Assembly (NCBI GenBank): GCA_039000735.1
Contig: JAWBOD010000001.1
Location: forward strand, 1 to 37,119
DNA: 37,119 nucleotides
Direction of reading: 5' to 3'
Origin: Candidatus Aenigmatarchaeota archaeon
GTDB taxonomy: Archaea > Aenigmatarchaeota > Aenigmatarchaeia > Aenigmatarchaeales > Aenigmatarchaeaceae
Position 1 is the first letter of the stretch, and every line of letters starts with the position of its first letter. Below the pieces are notes generated by a model. It was not told where the DNA came from. It saw only the letters and a program-made list of their open reading frames with translations, and searched no databases. Below are positions 8,338-17,425 of the stretch, in pieces. Position numbers and translations under genes: made by a program.

Positions 8338-10101
8338 ATGTGCGGTATAGTTGGATACATTGGTAATAAAAAAGCCTCTAAAATTTTATTAAAATGTTTA
8401 AAAAAATTAGAATACAGGGGCTATGATTCTTGCGGTATGGCTGTTTTAAATGGTAATATTTTTATTAAAAAAGATGTTGGAAAAATAGAAAAAGTTAATA
8501 AAAAATTAAATTTTTTAAATCTTAAAGGCAAGCTTGGAATTGCACATACAAGATGGGCAACTCATGGAAATGTTACTCAAAAAAATGCGCACCCTCATTT
8601 ATCAAATAACAAAAAAATAGCAGTAGTTCACAATGGAATTATTGAAAATTATCAAGAACTAAAAGATTTCTTAATTTCAAAAAATTTTAAATTTTATAGC
8701 GAAACTGATACTGAAGTTATACCTAATTTAATTGAATATTTTATGAAAAAAAGAAATTTTTTTGATGCGGTTAAGTTAGCATTAAGCAAATTAGAAGGCA
8801 GCTATGCTATTGCTGTTATAAAGGAAGGAGAAAATAAGCTAATTGCTGCAAGAAAAGAATCACCACTAGTAATAGGCATCGGAAAAAATGAATATTTTGT
8901 TGCCTCAGACGTACCTGCTTTTTTAGAATTTACAAAAAATGTAATTTACTTAGAAGAAAAAGATATTGCAATAATAGACAGTAAAGTAAAGATTTTTAAT
9001 TTAAATAAAAATTGTTTTGTTAAAAGGCCTTTAAGAACAGTTGATTGGAGTTTAGAGCAAATAAAGAAAAGAAAATTTGAGCATTACATGCTTAAAGAAA
9101 TATCAGAGCAAGCAGAAGTTATTGAAAAAACAATTAAACAAAGCAAAAATGAAATAAAAGAAATTGCAAACTTTATTAAAAAAGCAAATAAAATTTATCT
9201 TGTTGGTTGTGGATCTTCTTTTTATGCATGTTTATCCGCATCTTACAAATTTGCTTCTGTAGCTAAATTAAATGTTAATGCTGTTTTAGCTTCTGAATTT
9301 TCAAACTTTAAAAATTTCATTGATTCTAAAACTTTGGTAATTGCAGTTTCACAATCTGGAGAAACAGCCGATGTTTTAAATGCTGTAAGAATTGCTAAAA
9401 ATGCTGGTGCAAAAATCATTTCAATTGTAAATGTTGCTTATTCTTCTTTAGCAAGAGAGTCTCATAAAACTTTATTTATGAATTGTGGCCCAGAAATATG
9501 TGTTTTATCAACAAAAACATACACATCTCAGCTTCTTATACTAACCTTGTTAGCTTATGCTGTTGTTGGAAAATATGAAGAAGGTAAGAAAAAGCTAAAA
9601 GATTTGGTAAATTACGTTTATTACTTAACATCTGAAAATGCAAGAAAATATATTAAAAAATTAGCTAAAAAGCTTAAAAATTGTGAGCATATTTACACTA
9701 TAGGAAGAGGTTTACAGTATCCTACAGCTTTAGAGGCAGCCTTAAAAATAAAAGAGGTTTCTTACATTCATGCAGAAGGATTTGCTGGTGGCGAATTAAA
9801 GCATGGAACAATAGCTTTAATTGAAAAAGGAACTCCATGTATAGTTTTTTCATCTAAAGAAACTGAAAAAGAAATTCTAAGTAATGCTATGGAACTAAAA
9901 TCAAGAGGCGCCTATATTATAGGGTTATCTTCAAACAATAACAAAATCTTTGACTTTTTTATTAAGGTTAGAGAGGCTGAAGAAGCTAATTCAATTTGTC
10001 AAATAATACCAATCCAATTGCTAGCTTATCAGTTAGCAGTTTTAAGAGGTTATGATCCAGATAAACCTAGAAATCTAGCTAAAAGTGTTACTGTTAAATA
10101 A
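8338..10101 (+). CDS. glmS: Glutamine--fructose-6-phosphate aminotransferase
   Basis: Starts MCGIVGY (Ntn Cys). Two SIS domains (SQSGETADV). C-terminus is NLAKSVTVK. Confidence 0.95.
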   Translation: MCGIVGYIGNKKASKILLKCLKKLEYRGYDSCGMAVLNGNIFIKKDVGKIEKVNKKLNFLNLKGKLGIAHTRWATHGNVTQKNAHPHLSNNKKIAVVHNGIIENYQELKDFLISKNFKFYSETDTEVIPNLIEYFMKKRNFFDAVKLALSKLEGSYAIAVIKEGENKLIAARKESPLVIGIGKNEYFVASDVPAFLEFTKNVIYLEEKDIAIIDSKVKIFNLNKNCFVKRPLRTVDWSLEQIKKRKFEHYMLKEISEQAEVIEKTIKQSKNEIKEIANFIKKANKIYLVGCGSSFYACLSASYKFASVAKLNVNAVLASEFSNFKNFIDSKTLVIAVSQSGETADVLNAVRIAKNAGAKIISIVNVAYSSLARESHKTLFMNCGPEICVLSTKTYTSQLLILTLLAYAVVGKYEEGKKKLKDLVNYVYYLTSENARKYIKKLAKKLKNCEHIYTIGRGLQYPTALEAALKIKEVSYIHAEGFAGGELKHGTIALIEKGTPCIVFSSKETEKEILSNAMELKSRGAYIIGLSSNNNKIFDFFIKVREAEEANSICQIIPIQLLAYQLAVLRGYDPDKPRNLAKSVTVK

Positions 10102-10146
10102 AAAAATATATAGAAAAAACTAAAAATCTAAACTAAAAAACTAAAA

Positions 10147-10551
10147 TTATTTCTTAATTTTCTTTCCTATAAATCCACCAACTGCACCTAGGATTATACC
10201 TGCTGCAATGTACCATGCAAAAGCTGCTCCAATTGCTATTGGACTATTGGCAGTTATCATTCCAGCGAATACTAGTATTATAGAGTCTAATAATGTTCCA
10301 GTTGTTGTTGGTATTGGTGCAAATCCCGTTACAATACCAGCTATAATACCACCAATTATACCAGCTATAATACCGTCAATGGCTGCTTTCATTGGGCTTG
10401 CCCCCTTCATACCAACATATATTCCTGCTATCAATGCTGCTAATAGAACTGCATAAGCTGCAAACATTCCGCCTATCATACCTAGGATTATTGCCAAGAT
10501 TACGTATATTATACCTCCAATCAAATATAGTTTAAAGTTCATATTATTCAC
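10147..10551 (-). CDS. Small Gly/Ala/Ile-rich integral membrane protein
   Basis: 134 aa, about 4 hydrophobic helices with GxxxG-type repeats (GIIAGIIGGIIAGIVTG). No family recognised. Confidence 0.55.
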   Translation of the reverse strand: MNNMNFKLYLIGGIIYVILAIILGMIGGMFAAYAVLLAALIAGIYVGMKGASPMKAAIDGIIAGIIGGIIAGIVTGFAPIPTTTGTLLDSIILVFAGMITANSPIAIGAAFAWYIAAGIILGAVGGFIGKKIKK

Positions 10552-10585
10552 TTAAAAGAATTAATAATTTCCTTAAATATAAAGA

Positions 10586-11869
10586 TTATGTCTTTCCTAT
10601 TAAATAAGTAGACGTAAAGTCGTATATTTTTACGTTAATAAGTCTACCTAAAATATTTTCTTTACTTTCTATTAAAATAGGTTTATAAGCAAAGTTTCTT
10701 CCAATGTATTGATTAGGTTTTTTACCAATTTCAGAAATCAAAATTTCACCTTCCCAATCTAACCATTCTTTATTTTTTTCTAAAAAAATTTCTTTTGCTA
10801 AGCTAGATACAATTTCACTTCTTTCCTTTACAATTTTTGATGGTAGGGGCTTTAGCTTAGAAGCTTCTGTTTTTGGTCTTGCCCCAAATTTTGAAATATT
10901 AACGTAATCTGGCTTTATTTTTTTAATTAAATTTATTGTGTTTTTAAATTGCTCTTCGCTTTCTCCAGGATACCCAACAATAATGTCTGTCCATAATTGA
11001 AATTTAAAATTCTTTTTAAATTCTTTAACAATCATTTCAAAGTCTTTTACTTTATAATTTCTATTCATTTTTTCTAAAATTTCATTATCTCCAGATTGAA
11101 CAGGAAGATGCAAAAACTTGTATATTTTATTACTTTTGTAAGCTTCTATTAGGTCTGGGAGGATTTTTAAAACATTTTTTGGATTCATCATTCCAACTCT
11201 TACAAAGAAGTTGTTAGGAATTTTTGCTATTTCTTTTAATAAACTTGGTAAATAAAAATTTCCTAAATCTAGGCCGTAGGATGCTGTGTCTTGTGCAGTT
11301 AACCATATTTCTTTACAGCCTTCTCTTAAAGAATTTTCAATTTCTTTTATTATCATTTCCACAGGATAAGAAAATAGACTTCCCTTAGCAAATTTAACAC
11401 AACAGTAAGAACAAGCTGAGTTACAACCAGAAGAAATAGGAACTATGTTTATAATAGGATTTTTTCTTATTTTTGGTAAACAAAGCTTTATTTCTTTTGA
11501 TTTCCCCAAGTATTCTACTCTTTTTCCTTCTAAGGTTTTTTGAACAGCTTTAACAATTTCTTTAACATAGTGTGTACTTACTAAGCTAGCTTTAGGAGCT
11601 ATTTTTATCAATTTATTGTAAATTCCTTCTGGCATGCATCCTGCTATAATTAACTTTTTTTCAGGATAAAGCTCTTGCAATTCTCTTATTCTAAATAAAA
11701 TTTTTTGTTCAGTAGAAGACTTAACATAACAAGTTACAATTATTATTAAATTGGCTTCGCTTTCGTTTTTAGCAATATCAAATTTAGCTTCATTTAGCAA
11801 ACCGGCCATTATCTCTGATTCTGCTTGCGACGCTGAACAGCCGTAAGTTTCTATATAAATTCTTATCAT
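10586..11869 (-). CDS. Radical SAM methylthiotransferase, MiaB/RimO family (archaeal MtaB/CDKAL1-like)
   Basis: N-terminal UPF0004 domain (YIETYGCSASQAESE), radical SAM CxxxCxxC (CNSACSYC) and a C-terminal TRAM-like domain. Confidence 0.85.
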   Translation of the reverse strand: MIRIYIETYGCSASQAESEIMAGLLNEAKFDIAKNESEANLIIIVTCYVKSSTEQKILFRIRELQELYPEKKLIIAGCMPEGIYNKLIKIAPKASLVSTHYVKEIVKAVQKTLEGKRVEYLGKSKEIKLCLPKIRKNPIINIVPISSGCNSACSYCCVKFAKGSLFSYPVEMIIKEIENSLREGCKEIWLTAQDTASYGLDLGNFYLPSLLKEIAKIPNNFFVRVGMMNPKNVLKILPDLIEAYKSNKIYKFLHLPVQSGDNEILEKMNRNYKVKDFEMIVKEFKKNFKFQLWTDIIVGYPGESEEQFKNTINLIKKIKPDYVNISKFGARPKTEASKLKPLPSKIVKERSEIVSSLAKEIFLEKNKEWLDWEGEILISEIGKKPNQYIGRNFAYKPILIESKENILGRLINVKIYDFTSTYLIGKT

Positions 11870-12162
11870 ATTATCAATATTTTATTTAATTTATAAGAAA
11901 CCATCTTATGAACTAAAGATAAAAATAAAAAAGAAACTTACAAAATTGCTAATATAAGAGGAGTATCTCCTAATTTATTTAATAATGTTGAATATTCAGA
12001 AGAAGCAATACCAATAATTTCAGATTATCTCGAGAAAAAGTGTAATTTAAAACCAGAAGATAAAAATACAGTTCAATCTATTTTAAAGGGAAGATTATAA
12101 TTAATTATAAAGAATATAGATATCTTTAAATATTTTATATATAATTACTTTATAGTGATAAT

Positions 12163-12543
12163 ATGGAAAACGAGAGCTGGACTTGGGAAAATGCTAAAAA
12201 AGAATTTGAAAAAATGTCTGAGCCCGATAAGCTTGCTTTATTTCAATCATTTGTAAACATTTATACTTTATGTGAAAAATGTAAAATTTTACAAAGTAAA
12301 AAAATTAAGAAACAAGGAATAATTCCTATAAAATATAAGCCTAAACCATGGCAAATAGGCATAGACCCTTATGTTGATAAAGAATTGTCTACAGTTCTTG
12401 GAAAAAACATTCCTCCTAATATAAGAGGAATGATTGAAGAATACAAAAACAAGCATTTTAATTACGAATGTAAGGAAGCAGAAGCCTTTTCAAGAAACAT
12501 TTACAATACTTTTAAAGAAATCTTAAGTAAAAATGGTGCTTAA
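12163..12543 (+). CDS. Hypothetical protein
   Basis: 126-aa ORF with an upstream GTGAT Shine-Dalgarno (tagtgataatATG). No motif recognised. Confidence 0.45.
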   Translation: MENESWTWENAKKEFEKMSEPDKLALFQSFVNIYTLCEKCKILQSKKIKKQGIIPIKYKPKPWQIGIDPYVDKELSTVLGKNIPPNIRGMIEEYKNKHFNYECKEAEAFSRNIYNTFKEILSKNGA

Positions 12544-12545
12544 TT

Positions 12546-12944
12546 TTATTCTCCAGTAATGGTTATAACTATTTCTCTTTCCCTTTCAAAAGTATCAAAA
12601 TTTGCTATTAAAATACTTTGCCAAGTTCCTAAAACTAACTTTCCATCTTCTATTGGAATGGTTTGGCTGTTTCCAATAAAAACAGATCTTATGTGAGAAT
12701 AAGCATTTTCAGCGTGGTGATAAAAAGCATTTTCAGGGGCAATTTTTTCTAAAGATTTTTTTAAATCTTGTAAAAGCATTGGTTCGTTTTCATTTAATAA
12801 AACAGCAGAAGTAGCTCCTAGCACAAATATATTGCATAAACCTTTTTTTATTTTCATTTTTCTAACAATGCTTTCAACTTTATCTGTTATGTCAAAAAAA
12901 TCTTGAGATTTTATTTTTACTTTTATTTTTTCACTATAAATCAT
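12546..12944 (-). CDS. YjbQ/UPF0047 family protein (secondary thiamine-phosphate synthase-like)
   Basis: Typical family pattern: FDITDKV..., NIFVLGATSAVLLNENE, HIRSVFIGNSQTIPI..GKLVLGTWQSI. Confidence 0.8.
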   Translation of the reverse strand: MIYSEKIKVKIKSQDFFDITDKVESIVRKMKIKKGLCNIFVLGATSAVLLNENEPMLLQDLKKSLEKIAPENAFYHHAENAYSHIRSVFIGNSQTIPIEDGKLVLGTWQSILIANFDTFEREREIVITITGE

Positions 12945-13038
12945 AATAAAAATTACTTTTTATTATTAATAAATAATTGTCGTAGTTAAGTTCATAGGAT
13001 GATAAAGAAAGTGAAACAAAGAAAATTATTTCAAAGAA

Positions 13039-13056
13039 AATGCTTGTAAAAGCATT
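13039..13056 (-). terminator. Possible terminator hairpin downstream of dph6
   Basis: 7-bp stem AATGCTT/AAGCATT with a 4-nt loop, 8 nt past the dph6 stop, followed on the minus strand by T-rich tracts. Confidence 0.3.
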
Positions 13057-13063
13057 GAATTAA

Positions 13064-13753
13064 CTACTTTGTAACCAGTTTAGCATCCTTTATTTCAAAA
13101 ACTCCTGAATTGTTTTTCCAGACTTTTTCAGCTTTAGTTATTTCAATTTTTTTAAAAAATAATGGGCAATCCAAAACTAAGCTTTCAAATTCCCCTCCTT
13201 CGCCTAGCACACTTAATCCATATTTTTTATTTAATTGAATTAAATCTTCTATGCATTTTTCATCAATTTTTCTTCCAAGCCAACTTTCATTAAATCCTTC
13301 AGCAGCAACAGCAGTTATTATTGCATCAAAACCGGAACTAACAATTTCTCTTAAAAGCTTTTCTGGCTCTAACCCCCAAAGTGGTGTAATAAGTTTTAAG
13401 TTAAGTTCTTTGCAAACTTTTTCTACTCTTTCTTTTTGATAATTGCTTGAAATTGCTCCGCAAACAACCCCATCTGCATCTAAGTTTTTTAAAAGTATTT
13501 CTAAATCTCTTACTTCGTTTTCTTTTTCACCTAAAGACTCTTTAGAAACTAATTGAATGTTTAAGCAACGGGATTGCATTAATGTTAAACCAATGTTAGG
13601 AGTATGATACATGTAACTGTAAGGATTTTTAGAATGAATTGTAGCTAAATATTTTATTTCATGGCCTTGCTCTATTGCTTTTTTAATTGCAAATAAAGAA
13701 TCTTTACCTCCACTAAATAAAGCTATTAGTTGCATAAGAATTTTTAATTTCAA
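13064..13753 (-). CDS. dph6: Diphthine--ammonia ligase (MJ0570/DUF71 PP-loop ATPase)
   Basis: PP-loop LFSGGKDS, YMYHTPN, EGGEFES. Close collinear resemblance to the MJ0570 family as I recall it. Confidence 0.8.
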   Translation of the reverse strand: MKLKILMQLIALFSGGKDSLFAIKKAIEQGHEIKYLATIHSKNPYSYMYHTPNIGLTLMQSRCLNIQLVSKESLGEKENEVRDLEILLKNLDADGVVCGAISSNYQKERVEKVCKELNLKLITPLWGLEPEKLLREIVSSGFDAIITAVAAEGFNESWLGRKIDEKCIEDLIQLNKKYGLSVLGEGGEFESLVLDCPLFFKKIEITKAEKVWKNNSGVFEIKDAKLVTK

Positions 13754-13819
13754 AGATTTATAAAGATAAATTTATAAACTTAAATAACAACAAATTAAAA
13801 ATTTAAAAAGGGGTGTAAC

Positions 13820-16042
13820 ATGCCAAAGGAAGAGTTCAGCGAAAGTGTTCAGCAATTAATGAATAATCCAAAGAATATCCGTAACATAGGGATAGTATCT
13901 CACATTCACCACGGATCTTATTAGAAAATTTTCTAATAAGAGTGGAAAAAAACGACGCTTACGGATAATCTTGCAGCAGCAGGAGGGTTGATGGCAAGAG
14001 AATTAGTTGGAGAAAGAATGCTTACCTGGATTGATGAACAAGAAAGAGAAAGATTAATGACAATTTATGGTGCAACTGTAACAATGCCGCATGATTTTGA
14101 AGGTCAAAGGTATCTTATTAACTTGCTTGATACACCAGGCCATGTTGATTTTGGTGCTGATGTTACTCAAGCAATGAGGGCTGTTGATGGTGCTGTTGTT
14201 CTTTGTTGTGCTGTAGAGGGTGTAATGCCACAAACTGAAACAGTTTTAAAACAAGCCTTAGCTGAAAGAGTTAAGCCAGTTTTATTTATTAATAAAGTAG
14301 ATAGAGCAATACGTGAATTAAAATTAACACCAGAACAATTACAAAAAAGGTTAGCAAACATAGTTATTGATGTTAACAAGTTTATTCAAAGGCATGTTGA
14401 ACCAGAATTTAGGGACAAATGGATTGTTAAAGTTGAAGATGGTTCTGTTGCTTTTGGCTCTGCTTTAAAAAAATGGGCAATTTCTGTTCCTTACATGCAA
14501 AGAACTGGAGTAAGCTTTAAAAAAATTATTGAGTTATGCTCTCAGGAAAAAGATGAAGAACTAGCAAATCTAGCTCCAATGCATGTTATTGTTTTAGATA
14601 TGGTTATTAAACATTTACCATCACCAATAGAAGCTCAAAAATATAGAATAGCAAAAATTTGGAAAGGTGATATAAATTCTGAAATAGGAAAGCAATTGTT
14701 AAATTGCGATCCTAATGGAAGATTAGCAGCAGTAATAACAAAAGTTACATACGATCCACACGCAGGCATGATATCTACTGCAAGAATATTTTCAGGTAAG
14801 CTTTCTAGAGGTCAAGATATTTACATAGTTAATACTGGCCAAATAATTAAGGTACAACAAGTTACAACATTTATAGCATTAAGAAGAATACCAGTTGAGT
14901 ATGTTTTAGCTGGAAATGTTGTTGGTTTAGTTGGTTTATCAGAGGCTGCTGTTGGACAAACTTTTTGCGATCCTAATTATCCAATAGAAGAATTTGAAGC
15001 AATTAAGCATATTTTTGAGCCGGTTGTTACAAAATCAATAGAACCAAAGTATCCACAAGACTTACCTAAGTTAATAGAAATTTTAAAAACTTTAAGCAGG
15101 GAAGATACCACATTAAAAGTTAAAATAAATGAAGAGACTGGTGAAACTTTAGTTTCTGGTTTAGGCGAATTGCATTTAGATGCAAAAGTTGAAAGAAAAA
15201 TTAAAGAAAAAGGAATAGAAATTGTTGTATCGCCACCAATTGTAGTTTATAGAGAAAGCATTTTTGGCAAGTCTCCTATAATTGAAGGTAAATCTCCTAA
15301 TAAGCATAATAAGTTTTACATATCAGTTGAACCAGTATCTCCTGAAATTTATAAGGCTATGACTGAAGGAATTATAAAGGATGCTGAAATAAAAGGAAAA
15401 AATCTTGAATTAAGAAAAAAATTAATAGACTTAGGAATGGACCCGGAAGATGCGAAAAACGTTATACTTATTTACAATCATTGCATGCTTTTAGATTGTA
15501 CAAAGGGAATACAATACTTAAATGAATCAATAGAAGATGTAAAAGCTGCTTTTATGGACGTTGTTGATGCTGGTCCATTAGCAAAAGAACCTTGTGCAGC
15601 TTTGATTGTAAAATTACACGATGCAGAGTTGCATGAAGATGCGGTTCACAGAGGTCCTGCGCAAATAATGCCTGCAGTAAGATATCCTATTATTCAAGGA
15701 ATGCTAAAAGTTGGTGTTACATTTTTAGAGCCAAAGCAAATTTTAAGAATAGATACACCACAAGAATACATAGGAAATGTTACAGCTGAAGTAAACAATA
15801 GAAGAGGAGAAATTTTAAATGTTGAACAAGAAGAATATTCAGCTATAATAACTGCTAAGATTCCTACTGCTGAGCTTTTTGGTTTTGAAGGTGCTTTAAA
15901 ATCTGCAACTGCTGGTAAAGGTTTTCAATCTTTAATGGACGTTGTTTTTGAAAAAATACCAAACGAATTAAGAGATCAAGTTGCCTTAAAGATTAGAGAA
16001 AGAAAAGGTTTACCAAAAGAACTACCTAAACCAGAAGTCTAA
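13820..16042 (+). CDS. fusA: Translation elongation factor 2 (aEF-2), interrupted by a 33-nt putative BHB intron at 13915..13947
   Basis: The segment from 13820 reads MPKEEFSESVQQLMNNPKNIRNIGIVSHIHHG. After the insert it continues KTTLTDNLAAAGGLMARELVGE..., then DTPGHVDF, NKVDR and HEDAVHRGPAQIMP (diphthamide His). Joining the two parts gives 729 aa, collinear with archaeal EF-2. The Shine-Dalgarno AGGGGTG lies upstream of 13820. The ORF track reports only 13988..16042. Confidence 0.9.
13915..13947 (+). other. Putative bulge-helix-bulge (BHB) mini-intron within EF-2 mRNA
   Basis: CCAC (13909-12) pairs with GUGG (13942-45). The bulges are GGA (13913-15) and AAA (13946-48). The inner helix is the perfect palindrome 13916..13941. 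In-frame stops lie at 13922, 13934 and 13937. Removing these 33 nt restores HHGKTTL. Confidence 0.6.
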
Positions 16043-16089
16043 CAAAAACTTTAAATATCTTGCATTAAATAAGATAAAAAGGTGATTTA

Positions 16090-17358
16090 ATGGCTGCAAA
16101 ACCACACTTAAACTTGGTAACAATTGGTCATGTTGATCATGGTAAGTCTACTTTAGTTGGAAGAATACTTTATGACACAGGAGCTATAAAAGAAGAAGAC
16201 TTAAGAAAGTTAAAGGAATTAGCTAAGGAGTTAAAAAAAGAAACATTTGAATTTGCTTTTGTTATGGATAAATTAAAGGAAGAAAGGGAAAGAGGAGTTA
16301 CCATTGATGTAATGCATCAAAGATTTGATACACAAAAATATTATTTTACAATTATTGATGCACCAGGTCACAGGGACTTTGTTAAAAATATGATTACAGG
16401 AGCTTCTCAGGCAGATGCTGCTTTACTTGTTTGTTCTGCTAAAGAAGGAGTTCAAGAGCAAACAAAGGAGCATGTATTTTTAATAAAAGTTTTAGGCGTG
16501 GGACAAATTATAACAGCAATTAACAAAATGGATGCTGTTAACTATGATCAAGCAAAGTTTAATACTGTAAAAGCAGATGTTGAAAAACTTTTAAAGTCAG
16601 TTGGTTACGATACAAGCAAGATATTGTTTATTCCAACTTCAGGATATATGGGAGACAATGTTGTTAAGAAATCTGATAAAATGACTTGGTACAACGGCCC
16701 AACATTAGTTGAAGCTTTTGATACTTTGCATGTCCCACCTCAACCAATAGATAAGCCACTAAGATTGCCTGTTCAAGATGTTTACACAATAACAGGTATA
16801 GGAACAGTTCCTGTAGGAAGGGTTGAAACTGGAATATTGAAAACAGGAGATACTGTAATATTTGAACCAGCAGGAGTAAAAGGAGAAGTTAAATCAATAG
16901 AAATGCACCACGAACAAATACCAGAAGCAAAACCAGGAGACAATGTAGGTTTTTGCGTAAGAGGTGTAAACAAACAAGATATTAAAAGAGGAGATGTTGT
17001 TGGTCATGTTAGCAATCCGCCAAAAGTGGCTAAAGAATTTACAGCACAAATAATTGTTTTACACCATCCAAATGTTATAACAAAAGGTTATACACCAGTT
17101 TTTCACTGCCATACAGCACAAGTTGCTTGTAAAATAACTGAGATCGTTAAGAAAATTGATCCAAAGTCAGGAGCAACTTTGCAAGAACATCCAGATTTTA
17201 TTAAAACTGGAGATGCGGCCATTGTTAAATGCGTTCCTACAAAACCTTTAGTTATTGAAGCTAGCAAAGACTTTCCAGAATTAGCAAGATTTGCAATTAG
17301 AGACATGGGCCAAACTATTGCTGCAGGAGTTTGTTTAGAAGTTGTTCCTGCAAAGTAA
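16090..17358 (+). CDS. tuf: Translation elongation factor 1-alpha (aEF-1alpha)
   Basis: [21 protein letters not shown]. 422 aa. Shine-Dalgarno GGTGAT upstream. Confidence 0.97.
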   Translation: MAAKPHLNLVTIGHVDHGKSTLVGRILYDTGAIKEEDLRKLKELAKELKKETFEFAFVMDKLKEERERGVTIDVMHQRFDTQKYYFTIIDAPGHRDFVKNMITGASQADAALLVCSAKEGVQEQTKEHVFLIKVLGVGQIITAINKMDAVNYDQAKFNTVKADVEKLLKSVGYDTSKILFIPTSGYMGDNVVKKSDKMTWYNGPTLVEAFDTLHVPPQPIDKPLRLPVQDVYTITGIGTVPVGRVETGILKTGDTVIFEPAGVKGEVKSIEMHHEQIPEAKPGDNVGFCVRGVNKQDIKRGDVVGHVSNPPKVAKEFTAQIIVLHHPNVITKGYTPVFHCHTAQVACKITEIVKKIDPKSGATLQEHPDFIKTGDAAIVKCVPTKPLVIEASKDFPELARFAIRDMGQTIAAGVCLEVVPAK

Positions 17359-17364
17359 TTTTTT
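17359..17364 (+). terminator. Oligo-T tract immediately after tuf stop (possible archaeal terminator)
   Basis: TAA is followed directly by TTTTTT. AT-rich TATA-like sequence follows before the next gene. Confidence 0.3.
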
Positions 17365-17425
17365 AGGTTCTATTTCTTATATTTTTAAATATTAAATAAG
17401 TTAAAAATATTTAAAGAGTGTTTTA

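Noticed and set aside
10208-10456. 82-aa plus-strand ORF rich in Ile, Pro and Ala
   Set aside because: It is the antisense shadow of the Gly/Ala/Ile-rich membrane protein gene at 10147..10551. Its low-complexity composition mirrors the sense strand.
13251-13439. 62-aa plus-strand ORF
   Set aside because: It is antisense to the dph6 gene, which has strong family motifs on the minus strand.
13922-13939. Stop-codon reassignment or readthrough of TAG/TAA/TAA inside EF-2
   Set aside because: TAA, TAG and TGA all terminate well-conserved genes elsewhere in this window; for example rps19 and rps8 end in TAG and many genes end in TAA. Readthrough would also insert 11 residues into the P-loop.
13913-13946. 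T4 gene-60-like translational bypass of the EF-2 insert, with take-off at GGA 13913-15 and landing at GGA 13944-46
   Set aside because: Resuming after the second GGA reads AAA AAA CGA CGC ... and hits TGA within 15 codons. That is the wrong frame for the rest of EF-2. There is also no stop directly after the take-off codon. The BHB geometry explains the exact 33-nt in-frame removal much better.
13913-13946. The palindromic insert as a MITE-like element with a GGA target-site duplication
   Set aside because: Precise excision of the element plus one GGA copy removes 31 nt and frameshifts the gene. No other copy of the 26-nt palindrome was seen in the window.
14167-17306. Minus-strand ORFs 14167..14379, 16782..16973 and 17103..17306
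   Set aside because: They are antisense to EF-2 and EF-1alpha coding sequence.
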